A stretch of DNA of 64,000 bases, from contig JADGBR010000001.1 in the NCBI GenBank assembly GCA_015231405.1, forward strand, positions 5,859-69,858, given 5' to 3'. This document shows positions 1 through 8,424 of the stretch, in pieces (the first letter of the stretch is position 1; every line of letters begins with the position of its first letter). The position numbers were made by a program, and so were the translations under genes. The stretch comes from Candidatus Omnitrophota bacterium. Lineage in GTDB: Bacteria > Omnitrophota > Gorgyraeia > Tantalellales > Tantalellaceae. The notes under the pieces were generated by a model. The model was not told where the DNA came from. It did not search any database and worked only from the letters and a program-made list of their open reading frames with translations.

Positions 1-1917
1 AAAACTCAGAGTGCGGTCGAGATATTCTCCGGATATTTAAAAGGCGAAAAGGTTGACATTGAAGCAATGTTACATATTCTCTTGTTTGTCCAGACGCATG
101 AAACCGTCCACGCGCTCGAAAGGACCCAGGATTGGACCCATGACCCTACATTTTTCGAGGAGTGGAAAAAGATGGCTGACTTCCTGATCAGGGATCCGGG
201 TAAGGTTCGGGAGCTTCTTGACAAGGTAAAAGGCAGGTATTCCGGGACTTATATCCCGGCGGCAGATTTCGGTAAATTCCTTAATGAAACAGCTCCGGAT
301 AAGTTGCCGGGGATCGATACCCCTATTTCTGGAACTGATACTGCCACGGTAGATAAAACCATAGGAGAAGGTTTGATAGGTAATGTCGTCGGGGATAAGC
401 CAGGCAGCGTTCATTTTGGCAAACGCCTGACCTCGGGTTTTAGCGTAAAAGTCTCTGGTGATATTGTAGAGTTCCGGCATGAAGGGCTCAGGGCGCCTGT
501 CGAGGTCAGAATTTCAGCCAAAAAAGGCATGGCCGGGAGCGTTGCTAAAGCGATTGAAATGGCTTCCTCCGCCAAATCTACTTTTCTCACCGATAAAGAG
601 AAAGATGTTCTAAAGGGCCTTAAAGGCAGGAAAATAGTTCTCTTGAAAGATGACAGGGAGATAAAAGGAGGATTTGGGCGGCTCGGCGGTGAGGACGCGG
701 TTTTCCTCAGTGAAAGTCTGGCCTCTGAAAGCGAGCATGGTTATCTTGCGTTAATACATGAGTTAGGTGAAGGGGGAGTATTCAGACCTGAGTCCATGAT
801 CGATAATTCTTTCCTCGATATTAAAGGAGCCGATACCGGGATAGAAGAACTTAAAGACGAGACGCGGCCCCTCAGTGATATCATAAAGGATGTTTCTGGG
901 ACCGGGATATTATCCGGTTTCGCGCATACGTTCATGCGCGGTGTTGGGGAAAAAGTACGTGAAGCGTACAGGGAGTTCTCCGTGAAGGTAGGAACAGAAC
1001 AGATATCGTCAATGTCGTGCGTCGAATTTATTAAAGGCCTGGAAGCATCGCTTAAAAGGGTAAACAGTTCGAATAAATTGACCGCCGCCGAAAAGACGCT
1101 TATTTACCTGAATTTCGGTAAGAAGGGTTCATTCGCCGCGCGTGCCGCCGAGACCGGCATGGACTTGAACGCCATGATGCTTGAGGGATTCCAGGGCCGG
1201 CTCGATATGGCGGGTAATCTCGCCTTCACCGCGAAGATAAAGAAGCTGGATGACGAGCTGCGGAAAGGTTGCCAGAATTACCTGCTATTGCCGGGTTATA
1301 ACTTAGAACTTGACCAGGACGCCTCCAGGCTCGGCAGGAAGGTAGCCCGTGAATATACGGAAAAAGGCACGGGCACCACTATCAACTTTTTTGACGGGAC
1401 GAATCTTGAGGAGAGGGTGGCCAATATCGCAAAGAACATAACGAAAGATATGGCCAAAGGCGCTTCGTCGATGGCTTTTATAGTTTGTCTTTCCTCCGAC
1501 GAGAAAAAACGCGTAGCAGGTGAGCTCGAAAGGTACCCGGATATCAAGGGAAGAGTTATTATCGTTAACCATTCCGAGGATGTGCCCGATGCAGATAAAA
1601 GCAACCTCTTAATAGACGTCCCGTCCCTCGAACGGGCCGGGACGCATCTTTTGAATTACAAAAGGTTGACCGAGGATTTTAAGCTCGACCCGGAAAGCGA
1701 CGAGATGCGTGAATACTCGAAGGGAATTCTGAGCTCTTTCGCCCAAAGGGTCATTTCCGGAATAACCGACGATGAGGTATCCCGGATGAAGTCCTCTGAA
1801 CTCGCAAGGTACATGTCGAAACTTCTTGAAGGAGATACGCCTATCAACGCCACCGGCATCTGGCGCGATATAGAATCACATCTCGAATCCATGGAACAGG
1901 TAGCCGTGTCGTTGTGA
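1..1917 (+). CDS. hypothetical protein, 5'-partial (frame open to window start)
   Basis: ORF 67..1917 in track; same frame has no stop codon from position 1 to 67, so the gene probably begins upstream of the window. No catalytic motif recognised. First gene of a tight 3-gene operon. Confidence 0.5.
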   Translation, partial: KTQSAVEIFSGYLKGEKVDIEAMLHILLFVQTHETVHALERTQDWTHDPTFFEEWKKMADFLIRDPGKVRELLDKVKGRYSGTYIPAADFGKFLNETAPDKLPGIDTPISGTDTATVDKTIGEGLIGNVVGDKPGSVHFGKRLTSGFSVKVSGDIVEFRHEGLRAPVEVRISAKKGMAGSVAKAIEMASSAKSTFLTDKEKDVLKGLKGRKIVLLKDDREIKGGFGRLGGEDAVFLSESLASESEHGYLALIHELGEGGVFRPESMIDNSFLDIKGADTGIEELKDETRPLSDIIKDVSGTGILSGFAHTFMRGVGEKVREAYREFSVKVGTEQISSMSCVEFIKGLEASLKRVNSSNKLTAAEKTLIYLNFGKKGSFAARAAETGMDLNAMMLEGFQGRLDMAGNLAFTAKIKKLDDELRKGCQNYLLLPGYNLELDQDASRLGRKVAREYTEKGTGTTINFFDGTNLEERVANIAKNITKDMAKGASSMAFIVCLSSDEKKRVAGELERYPDIKGRVIIVNHSEDVPDADKSNLLIDVPSLERAGTHLLNYKRLTEDFKLDPESDEMREYSKGILSSFAQRVISGITDDEVSRMKSSELARYMSKLLEGDTPINATGIWRDIESHLESMEQVAVSL

Positions 1918-2011
1918 TCTATCCCACTTCGTGCCCGCCATTTTCACCGCAAGTTGTTGTGGCTTTTTCCCCGTGAGGATTATAGAATATCCAGTGGGAG
2001 GGGCGTGTTCG

Positions 2012-2791
2012 ATGATGAGGTATTTCCGTATTATATTTTGCGCGGTATTAATGGCGGGTTTGGTCTCGTTTTACGCGCGTCAGGCTTTTCCCTCAGGGAT
2101 CGTTGCGGGCATGACGAGAGAAGAGCTTCTGGGCGTTTATCCCGAGCCGGATAAGCTGACTTACCGGACAGAACCCAATAAGGAATGGATAACCTTCAAT
2201 AACAAGGAAGATAGCTCACCCGGCGAGATAATAACTTTCCGGCTCGTGGACGGAAAGGTCGAGGGATGGGATCTGGACGACCGTCATGAATTCATCCGCG
2301 AATACGTGGGCGAATTCGCTTCCGGCTATTACCGGAACGCGAATTCACTGACCGGAAAGGCCATCCTTAACGTGCTTACGAGCCTTCCATGGAAAGATGT
2401 ACTGGTACTTACTAACAGGAAACGGCCCGTAGTTTTCGTCGAGAACCATTCAGACGGCCCAGGTCGTATAGCCAATTCTACGGATATGAGATCTTTTAAA
2501 GGCGACCCACCCACATGCACGGAAGGTCTCTGGATAGTGAAGCTCTCGACTGAGCTTGAAGGCGCGGATTCCGTCGATGAGATAGAGAGCATCGTGGCCC
2601 ACGAGATGGCGCATTATCTGCTCGATAACGGCATGAGGGTCTCGGCGGATCCGGCGAGTACCGAAAAATATGAAAGGGAAGCCGCGGACCTGGTCGAAAA
2701 ATGGGGTTTCGCCGATGAGATGAAGAAAGCCAGGGCGCGGTTCGGGGGCTCGAGGCGCGCGGTAGTTTCTACAACCGGAGGTAATCAGTGA
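2012..2791 (+). CDS. putative zinc metallopeptidase-like protein (HEMAH motif) with hydrophobic N-terminus
   Basis: Within ORF 1931..2791; GGGAGGGG RBS 9 nt before ATG 2012. Hydrophobic MMRYFRIIFCAVLMAGLVSF N-terminus; HExxH (VAHEMAHYLL) near C-terminus. Confidence 0.5.
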   Translation: MMRYFRIIFCAVLMAGLVSFYARQAFPSGIVAGMTREELLGVYPEPDKLTYRTEPNKEWITFNNKEDSSPGEIITFRLVDGKVEGWDLDDRHEFIREYVGEFASGYYRNANSLTGKAILNVLTSLPWKDVLVLTNRKRPVVFVENHSDGPGRIANSTDMRSFKGDPPTCTEGLWIVKLSTELEGADSVDEIESIVAHEMAHYLLDNGMRVSADPASTEKYEREAADLVEKWGFADEMKKARARFGGSRRAVVSTTGGNQ

Positions 2792-3117
2792 GGAAGGTCA
2801 ATTTTATTTTATTCTTTTTATTGGCTGTGGCTTTGTCCCGGAGCGCGGACGCCCAGCTCAATCAGACGACGCAGGGCGCTTATAACGGGGTATGGGTAGA
2901 GAATAAACTCAATTCTTCGTCGGGGCATATCGAGATATCGAGTTATGTATGCGGGGTAATAGATTGCGCGATAAAAATGGATCCCGATCTTATGGCGCGT
3001 TATTATTCCAATAGCACGAAGGAAAAGATAACCGGAGCCGTTATCAGCTATTATAAAGAGTACCCGTTCAAGAAATATAAGCCGATCATCGACGTTATAC
3101 TGTCGGGTTTTCAGTGA
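2788..3117 (+). CDS. small secreted protein (signal peptide), GTG start overlapping upstream stop
   Basis: ORF track 2788..3117; N-terminal FILFFLLAVALSRSADA signal-like segment; GTGA overlap with preceding gene suggests translational coupling. Confidence 0.4.
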   Translation: MRKVNFILFFLLAVALSRSADAQLNQTTQGAYNGVWVENKLNSSSGHIEISSYVCGVIDCAIKMDPDLMARYYSNSTKEKITGAVISYYKEYPFKKYKPIIDVILSGFQ

Positions 3118-3159
3118 TTTACCCGATAGCGGATATAGGAACCGTTGATACTTTTACTA

Positions 3160-3187
3160 AACGCTAACCGCTAACCGCTGTCCGCTG
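3160..3187. repeat. degenerate heptamer tandem array (AACGCTA ACCGCTA ACCGCTG TCCGCTG)
   Basis: Four consecutive 7-nt units read directly in the intergenic spacer. Confidence 0.7.
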
Positions 3188-3204
3188 TTATTTTCACGAT
3201 TTAC

Positions 3205-3233
3205 TTGAAACCCCCGGGTTAATCAGGTAGAAT
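3205..3233 (+). promoter_or_regulatory. sigma70-like promoter (TTGAAA, 17-nt spacer, TAGAAT)
   Basis: Hexamers read directly; about 30 nt upstream of the PilZ gene start. Confidence 0.45.
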
Positions 3234-3267
3234 CTACACAATACGTGAACGCTAAGAGGAGATGTTT

Positions 3268-3672
3268 ATGGTAAAGACATTTGTCGAGAGAAGAAAATTC
3301 AAGCGGATAAAAGGTCCGTCTCTTTTGAGCTACAGACTTATCGCGGGTAGGGGTAAGGCTTCGGAATGGAATATGGCTGCGATAGTGGATATGGGGGCTG
3401 GCGGAGCTCTTTTCTACTCAAACACCGATCTCGGAGTGAATACCGAGCTCGAGGTGATGATGGTCATCGGGGAGACAAAAAAAAGAATAATCTCCGGGGC
3501 GAAGGTCCTCAGGATAATGGAAATAAAGAAACCTTCTATGTTCCTCACCGCGGTGCTTTTCCATAGGATCAATGAGAAGAGCCGTAAAGAGATCAACGGC
3601 ATCGTGGAAAAGGAGTCAGGAAAAAGATCAGTGCCGGGCCCTCTTAGGAGTGGAAAAAAACGTAATCCCTGA
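3268..3672 (+). CDS. PilZ domain protein (c-di-GMP binding)
   Basis: RxxxR-like ERRKFKRIK and DxSxGG-like VDMGAGGA motifs; ORF track 3262..3672 (second ATG has better RBS spacing). Confidence 0.55.
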   Translation: MVKTFVERRKFKRIKGPSLLSYRLIAGRGKASEWNMAAIVDMGAGGALFYSNTDLGVNTELEVMMVIGETKKRIISGAKVLRIMEIKKPSMFLTAVLFHRINEKSRKEINGIVEKESGKRSVPGPLRSGKKRNP

Positions 3673-3985
3673 TCAGATCTCTCATATCATCCGACAATAT
3701 CATGAATATCAGCCCGGATTCATAATATCCTTTTCTGTCGGTTGAGGGGCGCGACCATTTAACCTCGGCCATAGTCGTAATACATTTTTTGTAAATGGGT
3801 ACTTCCACGATGATCATTACCTGCGTGCCGGTTATCGGTTCCCTGGAAGTCAGCATCCTGAGACCTGATTCTGAGATGTCAAGGGCTGTCATGGGCACTA
3901 CGATCTCGAGGTTGGGCCCCATGGCGCAACTCATGGTGAATTCCGTATGGACCCGTTTATGTTTTCTTACATGATCATCGTCCAT
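3644..3985 (-). CDS. PilZ domain protein
   Basis: RKHKRVH (RxxxR) and DISESGLRM (DxSxxG) motifs; 113 aa; convergent with the upstream PilZ gene and overlapping its 3' end. Confidence 0.5.
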   Translation of the reverse strand: MDDDHVRKHKRVHTEFTMSCAMGPNLEIVVPMTALDISESGLRMLTSREPITGTQVMIIVEVPIYKKCITTMAEVKWSRPSTDRKGYYESGLIFMILSDDMRDLIRDYVFFHS

Positions 3986-4117
3986 TTGGCCTTTTATGCG
4001 ATCTCGGGGTTAATTTAATTTACAATATCTTTTTTTTTAGTATATCATAGTTTTTCAGCGATGCAAACCGGTTGGCGGTCGATACTGAAGCCTTAAGATG
4101 AGACTGAAAAAAACACA

Positions 4118-5038
4118 ATGAAGAATATCGCTCGGCATTGCGGACTCTGTAACAGGAAATGCGGCGTGGACAGGCTCATTGGAGAGCCCGGTGCGTGCGG
4201 GACGGGGCGTCTCATGGCCGTTCACAGCTACCAGGCGCATCCGGGCGAGGAGCCTCCGATAAGCGGCACCATGGGGTCCGGGACGATATTTTTCTCCCAT
4301 TGCCCGATGGCATGCGTTTATTGCCAGAACTACAGGTTCAGCCAGGAAGGTGAAGGGGCGGAAGTGAGCGTAACTGAACTTTCCGGGATCATGCTGGAGC
4401 TGGAGTCACGGGGCTGCCACAATGTGAATCTGGTCTCACCGACCCATTACGCCCATTTGATCGTCCAGGCTATAGATCTGGCTAGGGAAAACGGATTAAG
4501 CGTCCCTCTTGTGTACAATACCGGCGGGTATGACAGTCTCAGAACGGTGCTTTCGCTGAAAGGGAAGGTCGATATTTATCTCGCCGATATGAAGTATTCT
4601 GGCGAAAGAGAGGCTTATGAATATTCCGGGATAGCATCTTATCCCGAACTCAATCGTAAAGCCGTCAAGGCTATGCATGAACAGGTGGGCGGACTTGTGA
4701 TCGATAACGGAATTGCCACGAGGGGGCTCATCATAAGGATACTGATACTTCCCAATGACATAGCAGGAGTATCCGGGACGCTCGAATTCATAAAAAAAGA
4801 AATTGGGACAGATGTCCATCTGAGCGTAATGAGCCAGTATTATCCGGTTTACAGATCCGGTAAATTCGCCAAAATATCCCGGAGGATAAATGAGCCGGAA
4901 TATCTGGCCGTTAAGCATAAGATCGATGAACTTGGGTTCTTGAACGGCTGGATACAGCCATTCGATCCAGATTTCGATAAGAAACTTTTAGGTGAAACAT
5001 TTGAACCTAATGTTAAAAAAAATAAAAGTAAAATTTGA
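4118..5038 (+). CDS. radical SAM protein, PflX/AmrS-like (COG1313 family)
   Basis: N-terminal CGLCNRKCGVDRLIGEPGACG cysteine cluster followed by GTIFFSHCPMACVYCQN (CxxxCxxC radical SAM motif). Confidence 0.7.
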   Translation: MKNIARHCGLCNRKCGVDRLIGEPGACGTGRLMAVHSYQAHPGEEPPISGTMGSGTIFFSHCPMACVYCQNYRFSQEGEGAEVSVTELSGIMLELESRGCHNVNLVSPTHYAHLIVQAIDLARENGLSVPLVYNTGGYDSLRTVLSLKGKVDIYLADMKYSGEREAYEYSGIASYPELNRKAVKAMHEQVGGLVIDNGIATRGLIIRILILPNDIAGVSGTLEFIKKEIGTDVHLSVMSQYYPVYRSGKFAKISRRINEPEYLAVKHKIDELGFLNGWIQPFDPDFDKKLLGETFEPNVKKNKSKI

Positions 5039-5105
5039 CTTTCCGATGATTGTAGTGTATAATTAAATTAGAATAAGATAAAGCCAGAATATTCGGGAGG
5101 TGTAG

Positions 5106-5798
5106 GTGGGTAGGCTTTTAATCCCCATTGTATTTGTGACATTGCTCATAAACAGTTCGCTTACGCATATATTTGCCGTATCTGACGGAGTTTATGTTAT
5201 TGATTTTAAAGGAGACGTTAAGGTAGTCAGACAAGGCACAAATACCGGGGTGCAGTGTTTCAACAACATGGGGGTAGACCCGGGGGACATCATACATACC
5301 GGTCCCGGGTCCTCGGCAACCATCGGGTATGTTTCAAGATCATCTTTCAACGCCAAGATATCCGAGAATACGCTCGTCCAGATAAGGGATGGGCAGCCTT
5401 TCTGGATGGAACTTTCTACGGGTGGGCTATTGACAAGGCTCGGGAATCTTCAACCCGGCGAACAATTCATGATCAAAACTCCCGTCGGGGCCTGCGGAGC
5501 CAGGGGCACCGGCTGGTATATGACGACGAACGGCCACGAGGACCACATCACCGCTTTTGAGCATAATGTCTATTACCGCCCACTGGACCAGTACGGCGAC
5601 CTTTCCGAAAATGAAATATGGATCAACGAGGGATATGCGCGAAAGGCCGTAAAGTATGAGGAACCCGGACAAATGACAGCCGCAGACCCTGGGTTTTTGG
5701 ACTATCTCTGGAAGGAAGCCCATACAATGGCCGAAATAGGGTCCGCGCATACCGGTATAATAGAAAAAAAGAATATCGGCACAAACGGGACAATTTAG
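5106..5798 (+). CDS. secreted FecR-domain protein
   Basis: Signal-like N-terminus; TGPGSSATIGYVSRSSF ... FMIKTPVGACGARGTGWYM resembles the FecR beta-sandwich pattern (T.G..A.L...... / F.V.TP.a...vrGT.F). Confidence 0.45.
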   Translation: MGRLLIPIVFVTLLINSSLTHIFAVSDGVYVIDFKGDVKVVRQGTNTGVQCFNNMGVDPGDIIHTGPGSSATIGYVSRSSFNAKISENTLVQIRDGQPFWMELSTGGLLTRLGNLQPGEQFMIKTPVGACGARGTGWYMTTNGHEDHITAFEHNVYYRPLDQYGDLSENEIWINEGYARKAVKYEEPGQMTAADPGFLDYLWKEAHTMAEIGSAHTGIIEKKNIGTNGTI

Positions 5799-5842
5799 CA
5801 ACGTCCAGGAGAGGATCATCCGGAATGATAGACATTATTTTT

Positions 5843-5870
5843 TTGCATAAGACCGATATTGAGGTATAAT
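5843..5870 (+). promoter_or_regulatory. sigma70-like promoter (TTGCAT, 16-nt spacer, TATAAT)
   Basis: Read directly upstream of the CBS gene. Confidence 0.4.
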
Positions 5871-5913
5871 CTTTGTAACGATAGTTATTCGTAATTAAAT
5901 ATCGAGGGATCCA

Positions 5914-6318
5914 GTGTTTAAGAAAAAGTATTTGGGTATAATTACCGGAGATGTTGTCACAGCCGACGAGAAAAGTTCAGCGGCGGACATATGCCGGCTC
6001 ATGGGCCAGCATGACATAGGCGTAGTGGTCATAATGAAAGACAGCCTGGTCGTCGGGATAGTCAGCGAGAGGGATATCGCCAGGCGGGTCTGCGCAAATA
6101 ACCTGTCAGCTGAAAATACTATGGCGGATAGCTTCATGACCAGGGAAGTGGTCTCGGTTGAGATCAAAGACGGTCTTAACAACATCTACAAGACGCTGTG
6201 CGAAATGAAGTTCAGGCACCTGGTAATTATGGACAGGAATAAACTGGTGGGCATTACCTCGAGAAGAGATCTCCTGGACGTGCTTGTCGGCAGAAAATCA
6301 AAGGGGATGGCGCTCTGA
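5914..6318 (+). CDS. CBS domain pair protein
   Basis: Two CBS-like segments (VVVIMKDSLVVGIVSERDIARRV and FRHLVIMDRNKLVGITSRRDLLDVL). Confidence 0.65.
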   Translation: MFKKKYLGIITGDVVTADEKSSAADICRLMGQHDIGVVVIMKDSLVVGIVSERDIARRVCANNLSAENTMADSFMTREVVSVEIKDGLNNIYKTLCEMKFRHLVIMDRNKLVGITSRRDLLDVLVGRKSKGMAL

Positions 6319-6319
6319 T

Positions 6320-6634
6320 ATGGACCAAAACAGCGGATGGAACGGGAAGGATAGAAGAAAGCATACTAGGAGAGAGTTACCCTGCAATATAATGGTAGTC
6401 CCTCACGGAGACAAAATAATCTATTCTCATACCGAGGATATTTCAGAGAAAGGCGTAAGAGTGATCATTGACGAGAAACTTGCGGTCGGTTCGAGGATAT
6501 ACCTGGAGATATACTTTGACGAAGAGCCGATATTCTGCAAAGCTCAGGTAGCCTGGGTAGAGGAAACCGACACCCCTGACGGAAATAAAGCATACAATAC
6601 CGGTATTGAGATCAAATCAAGGGAAAATTTCTAG
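6320..6634 (+). CDS. PilZ domain protein
   Basis: KDRRKHTRRE (RxxxR) and HTEDISEKGVRV (DxSxxG) motifs; ATG 6320 lies 1 nt after the CBS stop (ORF track 6284..6634). Confidence 0.5.
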   Translation: MDQNSGWNGKDRRKHTRRELPCNIMVVPHGDKIIYSHTEDISEKGVRVIIDEKLAVGSRIYLEIYFDEEPIFCKAQVAWVEETDTPDGNKAYNTGIEIKSRENF

Positions 6635-6658
6635 TTCTTCGCGTCCATTACCCCGCAT

Positions 6659-7219
6659 ATGCAAATACTCAATCTTGAGAAAATAGGTCCGCTTGTTCTC
6701 GAAAGGAATAAACGGGTGAAACGTATCGTTCTCACCCGGAAAAATCCGGGGGAGACAAGAGTTAAGGTCCCGGCCAGGTTATCGTTCGAGGAGACAAAGA
6801 ACATTCTTTCCAGGAACACTGACTGGATAATGAGATTCCTGTCGAAAGTGGACAGGGCAGAAAAGGCGCATAGCTCCCTTGAACTTCTGGAGATCACGCC
6901 GGTCGAGGCCTCCCGCAGGCTGATATCCAGGTCGGTGGTTCTGGCGGATAAATTCGGTTTTTCATTCCGGAAGATCTATGTCAAAAATCTCAACCGAGCC
7001 TGGGGGACCTGTTCCCCAAGGAATAACATAACCTTGAACAGGACCCTGGCGAGGCTTCCCGATGAGCTTCTGGACTACGTTATCCTCCATGAGCTTATTC
7101 ACACGAGGGTGAAAGACCATTCGGCGGTGTTCTGGGATGAGTTCAAAAAGGTCCTGCCGGACGCGAAAGAGCTGAACAGAAAAATAAAGAAATACCAGCT
7201 ACATCTTATCAGGGTATAG
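6659..7219 (+). CDS. DUF45/YgjP-like metal-dependent hydrolase (HExxH)
   Basis: C-terminal LLDYVILHELIHTRVKDHS motif characteristic of the YgjP/DUF45 (WLM-like) family. Confidence 0.55.
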   Translation: MQILNLEKIGPLVLERNKRVKRIVLTRKNPGETRVKVPARLSFEETKNILSRNTDWIMRFLSKVDRAEKAHSSLELLEITPVEASRRLISRSVVLADKFGFSFRKIYVKNLNRAWGTCSPRNNITLNRTLARLPDELLDYVILHELIHTRVKDHSAVFWDEFKKVLPDAKELNRKIKKYQLHLIRV

Positions 7220-7230
7220 GGGATATTCCT

Positions 7231-8349
7231 ATGGAAAGGGCGGATATAGTAATTATCGGGGCAGGCGTGGTGGGGCTGGCTATCGCCTCCGAAGTGAGCC
7301 GCGCATCAAGGGATGTTCTTATCCTTGAAAAGAACCCGCAATGGGGCATGGAAACTTCGAGCCGCAACAGCGAGGTAGTTCACGGAGGACTTTATTACCG
7401 CCCCGGATCCTTGAAAGCCGAGGCCTCTCGATCCGGAAGGGAAAGAATATACGCCTTGGCAGAGGAGAACGGCATCCCGTTCAAAAAGACCGGCAAGCTC
7501 ATCGTGGCTGTTAACGAAGGCGAGACCGGATACCTCGAGTCGCTCATGAAGAACGCAGCCGATAATAACGTCGTCGCGATAATGCTGGACGAGAAAGAGG
7601 CGAGGCGGATGGAACCCGCCGTGAAATGCCGGGCGGCGCTATTTTCCCCGGAAACGGGTATAATCGATACCCACGAGCTGATGAAATATTTTTTGCGTAA
7701 AGCCCGGAGCTTAGGCGCGGAGCTGGTCACACTGGCGGAAGTGACCGGTATAGAGCGTTCGGCGGGAGGGTATGTTGTCAAAGTCGACAACTCAGGTGAA
7801 GAGGTCGAGATATCGGCGAGGGTCGTTATTAACTCCGCCGGTAATAATGCCGGTAAGATAGCGTCCATGGCAGGCATAGATATCGGCAAGTGCGGGTATG
7901 AGCAGATCTACTCAAAGGGAGAATATTTCAGGGTGTCGGACAAATTCCTGAATAGGACAAAACGGCTTGTGTATCCCGTCCCTCTGGAAAAAAGTCTGGG
8001 CATACATACGGTCCTCGACATAAGAGGCGGCGTGAGGCTGGGGCCGGACGAGACGGTGGTACCAAAGATAGATCATACAGTAGATGCGAATAAGAGAAAG
8101 GCTTTTTACGATTCCGTTAAGAGGTTCATCCCTTCGATCGAGGAAGAGTGGCTGTCGCCCGATATTGCGGGTATACGCCCGCAATTGAAATATCCTAACG
8201 ACGGGAGTTTTAGGGATTTTATTATCTCACACGAGGCTCCGAAAGGTATGGAAGGGTTCATAGATCTCATAGGTATCGAGTCGCCCGGGCTCACCGCTTC
8301 TCCGGTCATCGCCCTTAGGGTCGCGGGGATAGTCGATGGATTATTCTAG
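7231..8349 (+). CDS. FAD-dependent oxidoreductase, L-2-hydroxyglutarate oxidase (LhgO)-like
   Basis: N-terminal Rossmann dinucleotide motif DIVIIGAGVVGLAIA; overall LhgO/GlpA-like layout. Confidence 0.6.
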   Translation: MERADIVIIGAGVVGLAIASEVSRASRDVLILEKNPQWGMETSSRNSEVVHGGLYYRPGSLKAEASRSGRERIYALAEENGIPFKKTGKLIVAVNEGETGYLESLMKNAADNNVVAIMLDEKEARRMEPAVKCRAALFSPETGIIDTHELMKYFLRKARSLGAELVTLAEVTGIERSAGGYVVKVDNSGEEVEISARVVINSAGNNAGKIASMAGIDIGKCGYEQIYSKGEYFRVSDKFLNRTKRLVYPVPLEKSLGIHTVLDIRGGVRLGPDETVVPKIDHTVDANKRKAFYDSVKRFIPSIEEEWLSPDIAGIRPQLKYPNDGSFRDFIISHEAPKGMEGFIDLIGIESPGLTASPVIALRVAGIVDGLF

Positions 8350-8367
8350 TGTCGGGGATGGGAATAC

Positions 8368-8396
8368 TTGATAATTGCGCGTTCTTCATATATATT
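8368..8396 (+). promoter_or_regulatory. sigma70-like promoter (TTGATA, 17-nt spacer, TATATT)
   Basis: Read directly upstream of the MORN gene. Confidence 0.3.
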
Positions 8397-8424
8397 TACA
8401 TGTGGTAGCGAACCACACTAATAC

